Counted from the stretch's first letter, positions 42,376 through 55,387 are shown. The stretch: 64,000 nucleotides of DNA from an uncultured Spirochaetota bacterium (GCA_963827275.1 CAWHAA010000005.1:32001-96000); one strand, 5' to 3'. Translations and numbers: made by a program. The notes: generated by a model from the letters alone, not told the origin.

Positions 42376-43287
42376 ATGTTGTTCGACAGTGTAAAAAGCA
42401 CGATCGAAGGCCTTGCCGGCCAGAGATATATCGCCTCGGAAGACATCGCCACCACCGTGTACCTGGCCCTCAGGATGGAGAAGCCGATACTGGTGGAAGG
42501 CCCCGCCGGCGTGGGCAAGACCGAGCTGGGCAAATGCATCGCAGGCGCTCTGAACATGGACCTCATCCGGCTCCAGTGCTACGAGGGACTGGACGAGTCC
42601 AAGGCCCTGTACGAATGGGAATACGCCAAGCAGCTCCTCTACACCCAGATATTGAAGGACAAGCTCTCCGCCATCATGAAGCACGAAGACACGATGGCGA
42701 AAGCCGTGGAACGCCTTTCCAAAGAGGATGACGTGTTCTTTTCCAACAAGTTCCTCCTTCCGCGGCCCATACTGAAAGCGATCACCGGGAAGAACCAGGC
42801 GCTCCTCCTTATAGATGAAATCGACAAGTCGGACTCCGAATTCGAGGCCTTCCTGCTTGAAGTGCTCTCCGATTTCCAGGTGACCATACCGGAGATCGGG
42901 ACCATCCAGGCCGGCATCAAGCCGCTGGTGTTCCTCACCTCCAACAACGCCCGCGAGATGTCCGACGCGCTGAAACGACGCTGCCTCCACCTCTACATAG
43001 ATTATCCCACCAGGGAGCTCGAGGAACGGATCGTTTCACTCAAGGTGCCGGAATGCGGGGAAAAGCTCCGCGCCGAAGTGGTCGGGGCCGTCCACAAGAT
43101 ACGCGAACTCCAGCTGAAAAAAGAGCCGAGCATCAGCGAGACGCTCGACTGGGCACGCGCGCTCGTCATCCTCGGGATCGACGACCTCACCCGCGAAACG
43201 GCCATCGAGACCCTGAACTTCATCCTGAAATACGAAAAAGACATCGAGCTCGCGAAGCAAAACGCCAAGAACATCTTTCTGCATTGA
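42376..43287 (+). CDS. MoxR/CoxD-family AAA+ ATPase
   Basis: GPAGVGKT, RLQCYEGLD, LLIDEIDK, DALKRRC. Confidence 0.92.
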   Translation: MLFDSVKSTIEGLAGQRYIASEDIATTVYLALRMEKPILVEGPAGVGKTELGKCIAGALNMDLIRLQCYEGLDESKALYEWEYAKQLLYTQILKDKLSAIMKHEDTMAKAVERLSKEDDVFFSNKFLLPRPILKAITGKNQALLLIDEIDKSDSEFEAFLLEVLSDFQVTIPEIGTIQAGIKPLVFLTSNNAREMSDALKRRCLHLYIDYPTRELEERIVSLKVPECGEKLRAEVVGAVHKIRELQLKKEPSISETLDWARALVILGIDDLTRETAIETLNFILKYEKDIELAKQNAKNIFLH

Positions 43288-44684
43288 TCGGGAGGCGCGA
43301 CACGGACACCGCGACCGGCGAATCTGCAATCCAGGCAAAACTCTACGAGTTCATGGACGTCCTCAGGCACGCCGACGTCAGCATCTCGACTGACGAGGTC
43401 CTCTCCATGTTCAACGCCCTCCCCCACATCTCCATGATGGACAAGACGGTGTTCAGGCAGGCCCTGAAGACCACCCTGGTGAAGGACTATACCGACATAC
43501 CCGTGTTCGACCGGTGCTTTGACGAATTTTTCTGCGGCGGCGAAGACGCCCAGGTGGATGTCGCCAACGCGTTCATGGACATGGCCGCGCGCGACACGAT
43601 GCGCGAGCGCACGGGGCTGGACGGCAAGGACGCAGACGCGCTGGAACAGGCCTTTGCCCATTTCATGGAGGGCCTGCCGGACGAGGTCCTGTTCGAGCGG
43701 TCGCCTGAAGAAATCCTGAACCTCTTCCTCGAGGAGATCGAACAGACGGAATCGGCGGGCGGCATGGGACAGATGCTCTTCAATGTCCGGAACCGGAACC
43801 GGCAGTCCGCCGGGCGCGGCATGGGCGGCAAAGACGGAGATGACAACAGGGAGCTCGCCGAGCTCCTGAACGCAATACGGGCCAGGGCGGGCAAGCGCCT
43901 CTCCACCGAAAAAATCGGGACCGCGATCAGCGACCGCGAAGACTATCTCCTCCACAAGGCGATCTACAAGATCACCCCGGAGGAGATACGGGAGATGCGC
44001 GAGCTCATCAAGAGGTTCGGGCAGAAACTGAAGAACAGGATTTCATTACGGAAAAAACGGGTCAAGCACGGGCACATCGACATAAAACGGACGCTCCGCA
44101 CCAGCCTCCAGTACGGGGGGGTCCCTTTCAAGATCTTCCGCAAGGACCGCAAGATGGACCGGCCGCAGCTGGTGGTCATGTGCGATGTTTCCGGCTCGGT
44201 CAACCAGTATTCCCGTTTCATGCTCCTCCTCACCTATACGCTGCAGAGCCTCTTTTCCAAGGTGCGGACCTTTGCCTTCATCAGCAATATCGTGGAGATC
44301 ACCCCGCTGTTCATGGAGATGGACCCCGAGCGCGCGCTCTCATCGATATTCGAGGACACGAATTTCACCTATGGATGGGGCAGCAATTACGGCCGCACGT
44401 TCGACCAGTTCATAAATGATTACAGCGACTCCCTGACCAGCAAGACCACGGTCCTCGTCCTCGGGGACGGGCGGAACAACCATCAGAACCCCGGCCTCGA
44501 CTCGTTCGTGCGGATAAAGGAACGGTCGCGCAACCTCCTGTGGCTGAACCCCGACAGGAAGCACCTCTGGAACTGGAACGACAGCCTTGCCTATCTCTAC
44601 CAGGTCCATTGCGACGAGATGAAAGAAGTTAATAATTTTCTTGACCTTTCCGAATTTATCGATAAATTATTTCTTGATTTATAG
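43284..44684 (+). CDS. VWA-domain CoxE-like protein (start approximate)
   Basis: IDIKRTLR, CDVSGS MIDAS motif, LGDGRNN, WLNP. Confidence 0.88.
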   Translation: MIGRRDTDTATGESAIQAKLYEFMDVLRHADVSISTDEVLSMFNALPHISMMDKTVFRQALKTTLVKDYTDIPVFDRCFDEFFCGGEDAQVDVANAFMDMAARDTMRERTGLDGKDADALEQAFAHFMEGLPDEVLFERSPEEILNLFLEEIEQTESAGGMGQMLFNVRNRNRQSAGRGMGGKDGDDNRELAELLNAIRARAGKRLSTEKIGTAISDREDYLLHKAIYKITPEEIREMRELIKRFGQKLKNRISLRKKRVKHGHIDIKRTLRTSLQYGGVPFKIFRKDRKMDRPQLVVMCDVSGSVNQYSRFMLLLTYTLQSLFSKVRTFAFISNIVEITPLFMEMDPERALSSIFEDTNFTYGWGSNYGRTFDQFINDYSDSLTSKTTVLVLGDGRNNHQNPGLDSFVRIKERSRNLLWLNPDRKHLWNWNDSLAYLYQVHCDEMKEVNNFLDLSEFIDKLFLDL

Positions 44685-44895
44685 GCCGCACTGTGCATTA
44701 TTTAATCCCGGTATGCATTGAAAATGGCCGCAGGACCGGGTCCAGAGGCCCCGCAGGGCGGTTTTGGCAGTGCCATATATAATCCACCGATGAAATTTTC
44801 TGCTTTACAAAGTGGATATTATTTAATGTAATATACAAAATTCCGGACCGTTGATGCCTGACAGTGTATCGGCGTTTTTTTCCCAGGAGGAATTG

Positions 44896-45219
44896 ATGGA
44901 TATAGAATTCAGGGACCTTGGCGAGCACAAGGTAATCCAGGTCGGCGGCGAAGTCGACCTGTACAACGTGAGCGAGCTCAAGCGGGCGCTTTTCAGCATA
45001 ACCGACGGGAAACACCACAGCGTCATTGTCGACATGAGAAATATAAATTACATGGATTCATCCGGTATCGGCGCCCTTGTGGCCGGCCAGAAGAAGATGC
45101 GCGCCCATAACGGCAAGTTCGCCCTGATGAGCCCCACCGAAGACGTCCTGAACATCCTCAAGCTGGCAACGCTGGACAAGTTCTTTAAAATTTATGACAG
45201 CGAAGACGAAGTAGTCTGA
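44896..45219 (+). CDS. STAS-domain anti-sigma factor antagonist
   Basis: GEVDLY, INYMDSSGIGAL. Confidence 0.9.
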   Translation: MDIEFRDLGEHKVIQVGGEVDLYNVSELKRALFSITDGKHHSVIVDMRNINYMDSSGIGALVAGQKKMRAHNGKFALMSPTEDVLNILKLATLDKFFKIYDSEDEVV

Positions 45220-45242
45220 TATCGCAGCCATCAAGCGCCATA

Positions 45243-45278
45243 CACAAAAAAGCCGGGACAGCCCCGGCTTTTTTTGTG
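45243..45278. terminator. Bidirectional intrinsic terminator
   Basis: AAAAAAGCCGGG-acagc-CCCGGCTTTTTTT between convergent genes. Confidence 0.85.
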
Positions 45279-45290
45279 TGCGCCCGCGTG

Positions 45291-46882
45291 CTACAGCACG
45301 CGCTTGAGCACCAGTATGGTCGTATCATCATGGGGCGGCTCCTGCCCCCGGAATGTTTCCAGCTCATCGACCAGGAGCTTAACGAACTCTTCCGCGCTCA
45401 GGGAGTGGTTGTCGACAATGAGCATATTGAGCCGCTGGACGCCGAACTCCTCCCCCTGCTCGTTACGCATCTCGGTGACGCCGTCGGTGAAGAGGATCAC
45501 CATGTCACCGGGATACAGCTTTACCTTTGCCTGCTTGTATTCAAAATCCTCCTCTATGCCGATGGGCACGCCGTCGAGCTTCGCTATGGTGCATGAATTC
45601 ATGGATGCGCGGTAGCAGAAGAGGGGCCCGTGGCCTGCGTTCGAAAAAGCGAGCTCCTCGTTCGCGCGGTCGTAAATGATGAAGAAGAGCGTGGCAAACT
45701 TGTCGATGGCCATCTCCGCGTTCATGGCTTCATTTATAGCGCGGACGACGCTCGCGCAGTCCACGTTGGGCCGGGATATATAGGAGGTGAACACCGTCCT
45801 GATCATCACCATCACCAGGGAGGCCGGCACGCCCTTCCCCGAAACGTCGCTGATCAGCGCGCACACCCTGTTGTCATCCATGTCGATATAATCAAAATAG
45901 TCGCCGCCCACCCCGCGGGCGGCCTTGGTGTAGCCCTTGATCTGGATGCCGCCCTTTTCGTAAAACGTCGTCGGGTTCAGGCCCTCCTGTATCTCCTTGG
46001 CCATTTCGATCTGCTCTTCCATGATCCGCGACTCGATCTCCTTTTCGCGCGCCTCCTTGATCTGCGCGGTCATCTGGTTGAATTCCCGCGCGAGCTGTCC
46101 GAGCTCATCCCTGCTCTTTATCTCTATCCTGTGGTCGAGGTTCCCCTTGCCGATGATCTCCGCGCCGCGCGACAGCGCTTTCACCGGGCGTATGGTCAGG
46201 GTTGCCATGATAATCGAGCCGGCGATCGAGATCAGGAGAAACACCAGCGATATGGGCACGATGATCCAGACCAGGTTGTTGATCTCGTTCCGGATCACGC
46301 TGTCGGAAAGGCCGATAATGACCGTTCCGATCTTTCGTCTGTCGATCTTGTTCAAAACCGTTCTGGAAAAATCGTATATCGTTCCCATCTGATCGGCGGG
46401 GTCTTTCATGTTGAGGACCTGGGTGTCGCCGCTTGCCGTCCTCGATGCGAGCTTGCGATCGACGCCGTCTTCCAGCGGCTGCGTTACGGCGCGCTTCCCC
46501 TCCGGTCAAAATACTGGATGACCATGTCCCCCTTGTCGAGGACAAAGGCGTAGAGCAGGTAATCGATTTTTTTGAGGTCGTTAATGGAGGCCGATCAGCG
46601 ACGAGCTCGTCCACGCCGATGGATTGCTGCGCGGTATTGGCGAGGTGGATGGTCTCCCGCTCCACGAGGTCAACGACCTGCATCGTGAGTATATCGCTCT
46701 CGCGCCAGATGAAAAAGAGCGTAATGGAAACGATGATCAGCACCGACGAGCGATATGATGGCCAGCGAAAACTTGAGCCGTATGCCGAACCTGACGCCGT
46801 GTCGCCTTCGCCCCTTCCCCGGCGCGGACTGCGGCCTCCCGCGTGTCCTGCTTCTGTGCGATCTTTCTCTGTTGTCCATCAT
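45291..46882 (-). CDS. HAMP-SpoIIE (PP2C) membrane phosphatase (frameshifts in the 5' part)
   Basis: SRDELGQLAREFN, VGGDYFD, DVSGKGVPA, FTDGVTE, DDTT. Confidence 0.88.
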
Positions 46883-46885
46883 CCT

Positions 46886-48847
46886 CTACCGCTCCATGAA
46901 TGCCAGCACCTTGCGGATATTGTTGCGCGCCTTGACGTTGCCCGGGTCAATGGCGAGCACCTTGCGCCACTCCTCTATCGCCTTCTGGAAATTATTGTTC
47001 GTGTAATAATTGATGCCGTTGTAATAATACTTGTTCACGAGCTCACGCTGTTTCGCGGTCAGCACCTGCTGCCGCTCGGCCTCTACGCCGCCGATCCGCA
47101 GCTGCGGATTCTATCTTGTTGACGGTGATCACCGCCTTGATGTTCGTCGGGTCCTTCTGGACGACCCAGCGGAACTGCGCCAGCGCCTTCTCGATGTTGT
47201 CCTTTCCGCCCATCTGGTACAGGTTCATTCCCGCCTCGTATCGGCGGTTCGAGTTCGGCCCGGTCCGCCGGGCGTCAGGTCCCTGCCGCTTCCGCTTCTT
47301 TCATCCCGGCGTTGGCCTGCGCGATGAGATTATCCAGCCCCGGATAATTCCTGTCAATTGATTTTATTATATTGAAGGTCCGGAGCGCGTTCCGGTAATC
47401 CTTTTTCTCGAGGTACGCCCTTCCCTCCAGGACCCGCGAGGCCACCACGTTCTCCTTGTTGTCAGGATTGATCATGAGGTCGCACTTGATGATGTACTCC
47501 CGCGCGATCTTGTTCTTGGGGAAAGAGCTTCAGGATGCTGTCCCATTTCTTTCCTCGACTCCGCGTACTGCCCCTTTCATAGAGGCTCCGTGCCCGCGAC
47601 GGTCAGGGAATTGACAACGTCATAGTAGGGCGAATTGTGATCGACCGTCTCCTCTTCCGTTGATCCGCAGCGCGTCCCGGGCCCGCTGGAGGTACTCTTT
47701 TGCCTGGACATTTTTTTTATCGAGGGAGAGTGTCGTGACCAGCGCGTCAATCGCCTCCTTGTACTGCCCCTGCGTGTAGGCCATGATGCCCTCCTGGAAC
47801 TTCTGGTTGATCTCGCTGGAGCCTGCGCGCCTGTTCCCTTTTCTCGAACTCCCTCCTCAGCCGGTCAAGGTCTCCTGGAGGCGCTGCCTTGCGTCCCTGT
47901 AGTCATTGACCAGCGCCAGGGCGGTCTCGAGGTCCTGCTGGGCCTCGTCGAACCTGTTGTTGGCGATGTTCCCGATCCCGGACCGGTAGGCGTCTTCGGC
48001 CTGCTGGCGGCGCTTGGCGTAATCAGGGTGCCCTCTTCTATCGCATCGTCTATCTTTTCCAGATAGTCCCTTGCGTCACGGTGCTTCGGGTCCACCTTCA
48101 GCACCTCGCTCAAATTCCGACTTTCGCTGCGCCGTACTCCTTCTTGTCAAAAAATTCGACCCCCCGCGCCATGAACTTCCGGATTTTTTCGAACTTGATC
48201 CGGTTTTCAATGGCAAAATCGCACTTGCGCTTTCCCTCGAGGGCCTCGTTGTCCTGGGGAACATAGCGGAGCACCTCCTTCCAGATGTCCCGCGCCTTTT
48301 CGTAGTTCGGGATACTCGAGCGGCCATCTCGGCCGTCGCCTCGGCCTTCAGCCGTTCAACTTTTTCCCGCTGCAGCCGGGACAATCTCAGCCGCTCCTGG
48401 ACGGCACGTATCTCCTCGTCGAGGTTCTTCATCTCGTTCAGGGCGTCTTTCATATCGCCGTCGTTGGGGTCCAGCCGGTAGGCATAGACATAGTCATCGA
48501 CGCGCCCTTTTCCCGATCACTATGCCGACCTCGAGTTCTTTGTCGTCATCCTCCCTGAGCTTTTTCCTCGCTATGCGGTAATTGAGCCTCGCCTTCTGGA
48601 ATGAGATGTCCTTCCGCTGCTTGATCTCGTAGACCAGCTCGATCATCTGCTGGATCTTCTCATTCTCGGGCTCGATCTCCAGGCAGTTGAGCCAGAGGCC
48701 GATGGCGCGGTTATAATCCTTGTTATCGAAAAACTCCCGGGCATCGTTGTCCATCTCCCTGACCGTTGCGGCGCGCGGGCCGTCAAACGCCAGGCAGACA
48801 ATCATGGCGGCAAGGATAACAGTGGCATATGTCGGTTTGGGTATCAT
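46886..48847 (-). CDS. Tetratricopeptide-repeat protein, fragmented by many indels
   Basis: TPR-like fragments in several frames (AIGLWLNCLEIEPENEK; VLKVDPKHRDARDYL; ALRTFNIIKSIDRNY). Confidence 0.7.
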
Positions 48848-49011
48848 AATAGCGCTTCTTATTGTCTCACCTGTATATGACAATCAGATGGGCCGGTTAT
48901 CCATCAATTTTCAAGAATTTGGCCGCCATGTCATATAAATAAAATTTTTTTCTTGAAATTATACCAGCCGCCGATTCATTAGTACATTCATAAGGTCGCA
49001 CAAGGCATTCC

Positions 49012-49074
<63 letters not shown>

Positions 49075-49083
<9 letters not shown>

Positions 49084-51510
49084 CATCATTCTTTTCACCG
49101 CACGCCGGTACAGCAGCCCGAGCCTGAACAGCGCCAGCTGAAAGTAAAACGATATCCTTGTCCCATACCCCAGCGTCGTTATCACCAGCCCGATTCCCGC
49201 AAAGGTGAGGGTTATCAGGCCGAACCGGCGCGGGAACTTGTCGATGACCCGCCGCGCGTAATTCACCACCGGCGAGCGCTCCGCCGGGAGCAGTATTGAA
49301 AATCTGGCGACATACGGCCGTGTCCAGAGTTGCGTCTCCGCGCCGTTGACGACCGCCGTGTACTTGCCGCGTACCCGGATGTAATAGTCCCCGTCGCCGA
49401 GGTCTTTCACGTCGACCACGGACCCCTTGTGGTTTATCCGGTCGGGCCCCGCCCTCTTCTCATCATCGATATACAGGGAGTACCCGAGCACCGAACCGGC
49501 GGGGATGTTTCTGGTCACGATGACGGCCCTGAAGGACCTCCTGTCGTACGGTTTCCGCGGATCAAAGGGGAACCGGACCGCCACCATCGGGACCGCTCCC
49601 GTGAACTCCGGCTCCGGTTGCTTGCGGTAGCGGTTCATCTTCTGGAACTTTTTCTCCTCCTCGGCAATCCGCTTGTAGTATTCAGGATCAATGACACGGT
49701 CAGGCGGCCCGATTATGAAATCATACGTCGAGACCCTGCTGACCTGGTTGGTCTTGTCAATGGCCGCCACGCTGAAAAAATAATTCCCCTCTTCAAGCCC
49801 GCTGAATACCGTCCTGAGGTCGGTGGTGAACGTATCGGGCATTTTGATCGAATCTTTCGACAGGCTGACCAGGAAGCCCTTGACCCGTTCCGGCTCATCG
49901 ATGGACCAGTTGAACACCGTTTCCGGCACCTGGGCCGGCTTCCCCTGCGGGTTCGTGGGCGAGACGATGACGGGGCCCGGCAGCGGATTTACCGCGAGCT
50001 GGAGCCGGTAGTGTATCGTCCTGCTGAAGTTGCCGGCGCCGTCAACGGCGCGGATGTGGAAATAGGAGATACCATCGGTGATGTTTTCGCTTATCCTCTC
50101 CATGGTTGCATTCGGCTTCATGTTGACGACCGAAGGGTTGAAGTCGGGAATGGTGTTCATCAGCACCGCGTATCCCGCAATCCCCGACTCGTCGCGGGGC
50201 TGGGTCCATTCCATCTGCACGAACGGAAGCCTTGACCACCTCCCTTCCGGGTTCGTGGGCGAATACACGACGGGTGGCTCAACATACACGTCGGTCTGCT
50301 TGGCCATGACGACGTTCCGTTCCTCCCAGAAGACAAGGAGACGCCTGCCCATGGAAACCACCCAGGGGTTGCGCGAACCGTACCGGGCCTCCGACACCTC
50401 GGCTTCCGGCATGAAGGCCTTTTCCGCGATGGCGTATTTACGCGCGTAAATACGCGCCCCGCCCTCGCGGGTGTCATACCACATCACCATGATGTCGCCG
50501 CCGGTCGCACCGATGCTGGGCGAATAGCAGTTCGCCATGGTGGACGAAACCGTCAGCGGCACGCGGTCCCATGACCAGCCGCGGTCAAGGCCCCTGATCA
50601 TCTTGATCGCCCAGTTCTTTTCGTCGTTATTCTGGTACACCACATAGAGGGTGTTGTCGTGGAGCGTCAATACGGGCGCCGCGTTGTTTCCGCCGCTGGA
50701 GGTGATCTGCTTCTTGAAGCTCCAGGTCGAGCCGTAATCGGATGACTTCATGAAAAAGAGCTCGTCAGAAAAGTCCTCCTCTTTTCCCTGCCAGACCATG
50801 AAGAAATACTTGCCGGATATATGGATCGAGGGGAAGAACGCGCCCCTCATGCTGCCGGTGAGGCGTATGAGAGACCCGGTGGTTTTGAATTTTTCGCCAT
50901 CTTTGCTTATAGCGTGGAAAAGGTTGATGTTATCGCCCCCGCTGCCGTGATAAAAAAGGTGGAGCGCGTTCCTGTCGTCGTAATATACCCGGGGCAGCAT
51001 CTCCATGTCCTTGCCGAGCGGAAGCATCGCCGGCTTGCCCCACGTGGCGCCCATGTCTTTTGACGTGGAGTAAAATATCCTGGTCGTCGATTCCCTGTCC
51101 TGGTACGCGTGCCACATGACCGTCACCTGTCCGGACGGTGAAATCGCCGCGTGGGGATTCATGGAAGTCTTCGACGCCATCCGGGCGACCATCATCGACG
51201 GCATGAAGGTGCGCCCGCCGTTAAACGACTGGGACACGTAAATGCCCCCGGCGCCCCCCGCCCTCCCCTCGTACACGGCGATAATCATGTCTCCCCGTGA
51301 CGCGACGGTCACGTCCCGGGCAACGACGTTGAATGACGACACCTGGAAGCTTTTCTCCCAGCCCACCGGGTTGGTCGAGACCCTGCTGCTCTGGAATATG
51401 AGTGCCGCGGCGATCGAAAAAACGGCGCAGACAAAGACCCCCCACAGGACCTGCCGTATGAAGGCAAACCTGAAAGTGAGGCTCATCACGTATGAAATAG
51501 CTCGTTTCAT
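49075..51510 (-). CDS. Membrane-anchored BNR/Asp-box (sialidase-like) repeat protein
   Basis: Asp boxes SFNGGRTF, SKDMGATW, SSDYGSTW; FN3-like segments; TM helices at both ends. Confidence 0.75.
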
Positions 51511-51836
51511 GAAAGTTGTCGTGTATATTTCAGTCTGTTTCCGCGTTCAGTATTCAAGTTATACAAGCCTGCCGGACACGTCAAGGTATCTCCCTTCTAT
51601 CATCGCCATTTTAAAAAAAAATATTATTCAATTACCGCCATTTGTATAAAAAAATACCGGGACAATGACACGCCGTCACCATGCCGGGGTTCGCGCTGAT
51701 TATCAGACACCCGTTCCTTCCGTGAAGTTAAATTTTAATTGCATTCCTGCTCCATAACCTGTAAAAATGATTTAAAGCAAAAAAAACAGCGTAACATCGG
51801 GCCCGGTAACCGGCCTGATATAAGGTTTGGACGGAT

Positions 51837-54800
51837 ATGGAGATCCAGGACATAATAAAAGCAGACAGCGACCGGGTGTTTATCGTCGACCCTGAATGCT
51901 ATATCATATTCACCGGCGAGACAACGGACGACATCAAGCCCTTCATACGGATCGGGAACTGGAACGACATGCCCGTTGAGCTGATCCCGCTCATAGAGAA
52001 CATCATCATCACCGACGGACTCATCGGGAACCCGGCCCACGAACAGTTCAACATCGACGTGCGGGACCTTCCTGAAAACAGGTACATCGGGAGCCGCGGG
52101 ATCGTGCGAAAGTTCCTCGATTACCAGAGGATTTTCGGCCTCGACCTCACCAACGCATCGATAGTGGACATAGAGAAAGACCTGCCCGAGCTGTCGAAGG
52201 AAAAAAACATATCGCACAAAGACCAGTTCATGGGCGTGTTCTACCGTGACGGGAACTTCAAAATCCTGCTCAATAAAAACACCATCTTCGACCTGAATAA
52301 AATAATCGAGAAGCCCATCAGCTGGCAGAAATTCCATGACATGCTCTCCGCCGCCTATGGCCCCTCGGCGCGGTACGGCGGGTCCGGCATGGTCGTCATC
52401 GGGCACAACCCCATGTTCTATGACCGGGGGCAGTTCCACTCGTACCTGTTTCCCGGCGACTATCTCCGGGACTTTTCTCTCCTGGGCATCGACCCCGGGA
52501 AAATCCGCACGGTCTTCCACCCGTCGCTCAACCTGATCAACATATCGAAACTGCTGAAATGGCTGAACACCGCCGCCAGGAACATCTCCGTGTACTGCAA
52601 CAGCACCGACATCGACCTCGTCAAAAAGCTCTTTTCGAATTCCTCCATGCAGAACAGCGGATTCAACGGCTTCGATTTTACAGCCGCGACCGGCATCTCC
52701 GTGGCCAACTACCCCGGGACCTACAACCTGAAGGTCAGCTACAGCGCGGTCAGGCCGCATGGCGACGCGCTGAACATAGCGTTCATCAAAAGCCCCGCCG
52801 GCATCCAGGAGATCCTCAAGGAGAAGCTGGACGCGATGGTGATTTCCTATTCCGCCTACGAGGACATCCACATGCTCCTCAGGTCCACCGCGACGCCCCG
52901 CGCCATCATCGACGACGGGAACAGGAACGTCGCGAAGCTCGGCGGCGAGGACAGGATCATCCTGTCCCCGGGAACGCAGTACGAGTTCCGGGCCTTCCGG
53001 TCCATCGACGAGATCGTCCCGCTATCCGGCATAGCCGCTGACACCGTCGCGCGCATCACCGGCGACCCGGCTTCCCTCGCGGCCGAGCTTTCGTCCCGGG
53101 AGGCCGATACCGCGGGTCCCGGGCGGCGCCGGGAGCTCTACAACCTGCTCTCCCTTGTACGGGTCCACCTCTACAACACCCGGGACAGGAACCTGTCACT
53201 GCAGCTCAGGTCCATGGCGGGGACCCTCGCGCTCATGGCGGGCCGGGGCGGAAACACGCACGACCCGGCGAACTCTGCGGTGGTCCTTGCCCTCTACAAC
53301 GGCGCGGTCTTTCCCTTTATTGAAGATACCGGCCCCGGCGGCACGATCAGGCTGTTCGACGGCATCCGGAGCGACCAGGGGACCGCGGGCGCACCGGAGG
53401 ACACGGAGATGCGGGAGCACTACGGGCGTATCCTGTCCGACCGCGAGCGGCTCGGGCACCTTATTGAAATATACACGCGGTCGCAGAAATACAATGAGCG
53501 GAACGCCGCCCGTATCCATCCTCTGAAAAAGGCGATACATGCGAGGAAGGAGGAGTACCGCGAGGAATCGCTGAGCCTGGAGAACTCGTGGACGCGCTCT
53601 ATCGCCTCGGCAGCAGCCCCGGCGGCGGGCAGCGCCGCCGGCGGGGGCCCCGCCGCGCGCGGGGAGGAACGGGCCTTCGCCGGGATACGCCCCGCGCCGG
53701 CCCAGGGAACGCACGCATCGCTTGCGGCCAGGGTCCGTTCGCTGCCGGCAGCGGTGAAGATCGGCGCCCCGCTCGCCCTCGTCGCGCTCATCGCCGCCGC
53801 CCTGCTCCTCCTGCTCGGTCCCGGCGTGCCGGGGCTCTTCACGGACCGCACCGCCGGGCGCGGCACAGGCCCCGTCGTGCAGAGCCGCGACCTCGACGCC
53901 CGTTTCCGGGAGGCGGGAAAGCGGATGAACATCCGGATAAGCGACCGCGACATATACCAGTACGCCAACCAGGTGGCGCTGAAAAACGGGTACAACCCGA
54001 TCGCCCCGTCAAAGATACGCGAGCGGAACCCGGACTGGATATTCCCCGAAAATGTCTTTGTCATGCTCGACAACCAGCGCGTGGTGGTGAGCCGCGGGGA
54101 CACGCTCTGGAACCTTGCGAAGAACAAGCTCATCGAATCGACAATCGCGTTTGACGACATCATGAAGCAGGCCGGGGCCGCCGCCCCCGCCGAGAAGCAG
54201 CGGCTCATGCAGGAGGCGCGGCGCCATGCCTTCACGCGGGAGCAGCTGGAGACGCTCAGAACAATGATGGAAGCCATGCCCCGCCACCGGGGGTGGACCG
54301 GCGCGATGATAATAGATAAAAACAGGAATTATTACGTCGAGCCCGTCGAGATCGAGGTATACCTCAAGAAGGCGGGGAAGGTGCGCACCGTCATCAAGGA
54401 CCTCCACGTGGAGCTGATCCCGGTGGAGCCGACCAGCGAGAAAAACAAGGAGATATTCGACGCCTTCTCGCTCAAGGACGAGCCGATCGACCTGATGGAG
54501 GTGCAGAACCTCTACCCGGAATATATCCGCATGATCTACGATTCGTATTACCAGAACATGGAGCTCTTTGAAAAGCTTTCAATGCATTTCAAGTCCGGAC
54601 TGTCCGGGAGCATCGATTCCTGGCGGATGGCGCTCTATTTCACCGAGCTCCTGATGAAATACGAGCCGACGGTGGCATCGAAAGTCATCGGGGACTTCCA
54701 GACGTACAATCTGAACTACCTGATCATCAGGCTGAACCGCTTGAAAGAACCGTTCCTGCTTGAAGACGCCACGGTGGCCTACCTGATCAAGCGACGCAAC

Positions 54801-54887
54801 AGCGCGTACAAGGACCAGCCGAGGGACAAGGAATTTGAAAAGCTCGTTGAATTGTGGGAATACAACGTAAAAGAGAAGTTCTTCTGA
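51837..54887 (+). CDS. Large hypothetical protein with a TM and LysM-like segment; probably two genes (second starting at 54306)
   Basis: NPDWIFP and VSRGDTLWNLA motifs; an abrupt new domain MIIDKNRNYYVEPVE follows an odd linker. Confidence 0.65.
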   Translation: MEIQDIIKADSDRVFIVDPECYIIFTGETTDDIKPFIRIGNWNDMPVELIPLIENIIITDGLIGNPAHEQFNIDVRDLPENRYIGSRGIVRKFLDYQRIFGLDLTNASIVDIEKDLPELSKEKNISHKDQFMGVFYRDGNFKILLNKNTIFDLNKIIEKPISWQKFHDMLSAAYGPSARYGGSGMVVIGHNPMFYDRGQFHSYLFPGDYLRDFSLLGIDPGKIRTVFHPSLNLINISKLLKWLNTAARNISVYCNSTDIDLVKKLFSNSSMQNSGFNGFDFTAATGISVANYPGTYNLKVSYSAVRPHGDALNIAFIKSPAGIQEILKEKLDAMVISYSAYEDIHMLLRSTATPRAIIDDGNRNVAKLGGEDRIILSPGTQYEFRAFRSIDEIVPLSGIAADTVARITGDPASLAAELSSREADTAGPGRRRELYNLLSLVRVHLYNTRDRNLSLQLRSMAGTLALMAGRGGNTHDPANSAVVLALYNGAVFPFIEDTGPGGTIRLFDGIRSDQGTAGAPEDTEMREHYGRILSDRERLGHLIEIYTRSQKYNERNAARIHPLKKAIHARKEEYREESLSLENSWTRSIASAAAPAAGSAAGGGPAARGEERAFAGIRPAPAQGTHASLAARVRSLPAAVKIGAPLALVALIAAALLLLLGPGVPGLFTDRTAGRGTGPVVQSRDLDARFREAGKRMNIRISDRDIYQYANQVALKNGYNPIAPSKIRERNPDWIFPENVFVMLDNQRVVVSRGDTLWNLAKNKLIESTIAFDDIMKQAGAAAPAEKQRLMQEARRHAFTREQLETLRTMMEAMPRHRGWTGAMIIDKNRNYYVEPVEIEVYLKKAGKVRTVIKDLHVELIPVEPTSEKNKEIFDAFSLKDEPIDLMEVQNLYPEYIRMIYDSYYQNMELFEKLSMHFKSGLSGSIDSWRMALYFTELLMKYEPTVASKVIGDFQTYNLNYLIIRLNRLKEPFLLEDATVAYLIKRRNSAYKDQPRDKEFEKLVELWEYNVKEKFF

Positions 54888-55023
54888 CCGTCAGGCGGCG
54901 CGGGTACCGGCGCCCGCCCGGTTAATTGAAGAGCCAGTACAGGATATCAAGAAATATAAGCGTGGAAAAAAGGATTGAAAAGGCCGCGATGGCCGCATAG
55001 ATGACTTTTTTCAACATGACCGC

Positions 55024-55387
55024 CTACTCCCCGCGCACCACGTCAACGACCGCGGTCTCGTCCTTCCTTTCAACGATCAGGGTCACCTTCGTCCCGGCCG
55101 GCCCCAGGAGGAGATTGTTGTAGATATAATCATACTCAAGGCCGTCAATCTCCTTTCCGTTGATCTGCACGATCCTGTCATCAGGGCGCAGGCCGGCGCG
55201 GGAGGCGGGGCTGTCCTCATATACGCCGGTTATGACATAGGGGGTGTCCTTCCCGACATGCTCCTGCCCCACGGGGACCACTATCCCGAGGAGGCCCTTC
55301 TTGCCGCTCTTCCCGCATTCAGCGAGGCCGCATACTATCGCACACACGCGCAAGCAGTGTCATCGCCCGCACCGAAATGTTTTTCAT
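55024..55387 (-). CDS. PDZ-domain protein (frameshift in the signal region)
   Basis: GLLGIVV, DSPASRAGLRPDDRIVQING. Confidence 0.8.

Noticed and set aside
51837..54887. Novel 1016-aa fusion protein
   Set aside because: Probably two adjacent genes joined by an indel near 54280, given the error rate and the clean MIIDKN start at 54306
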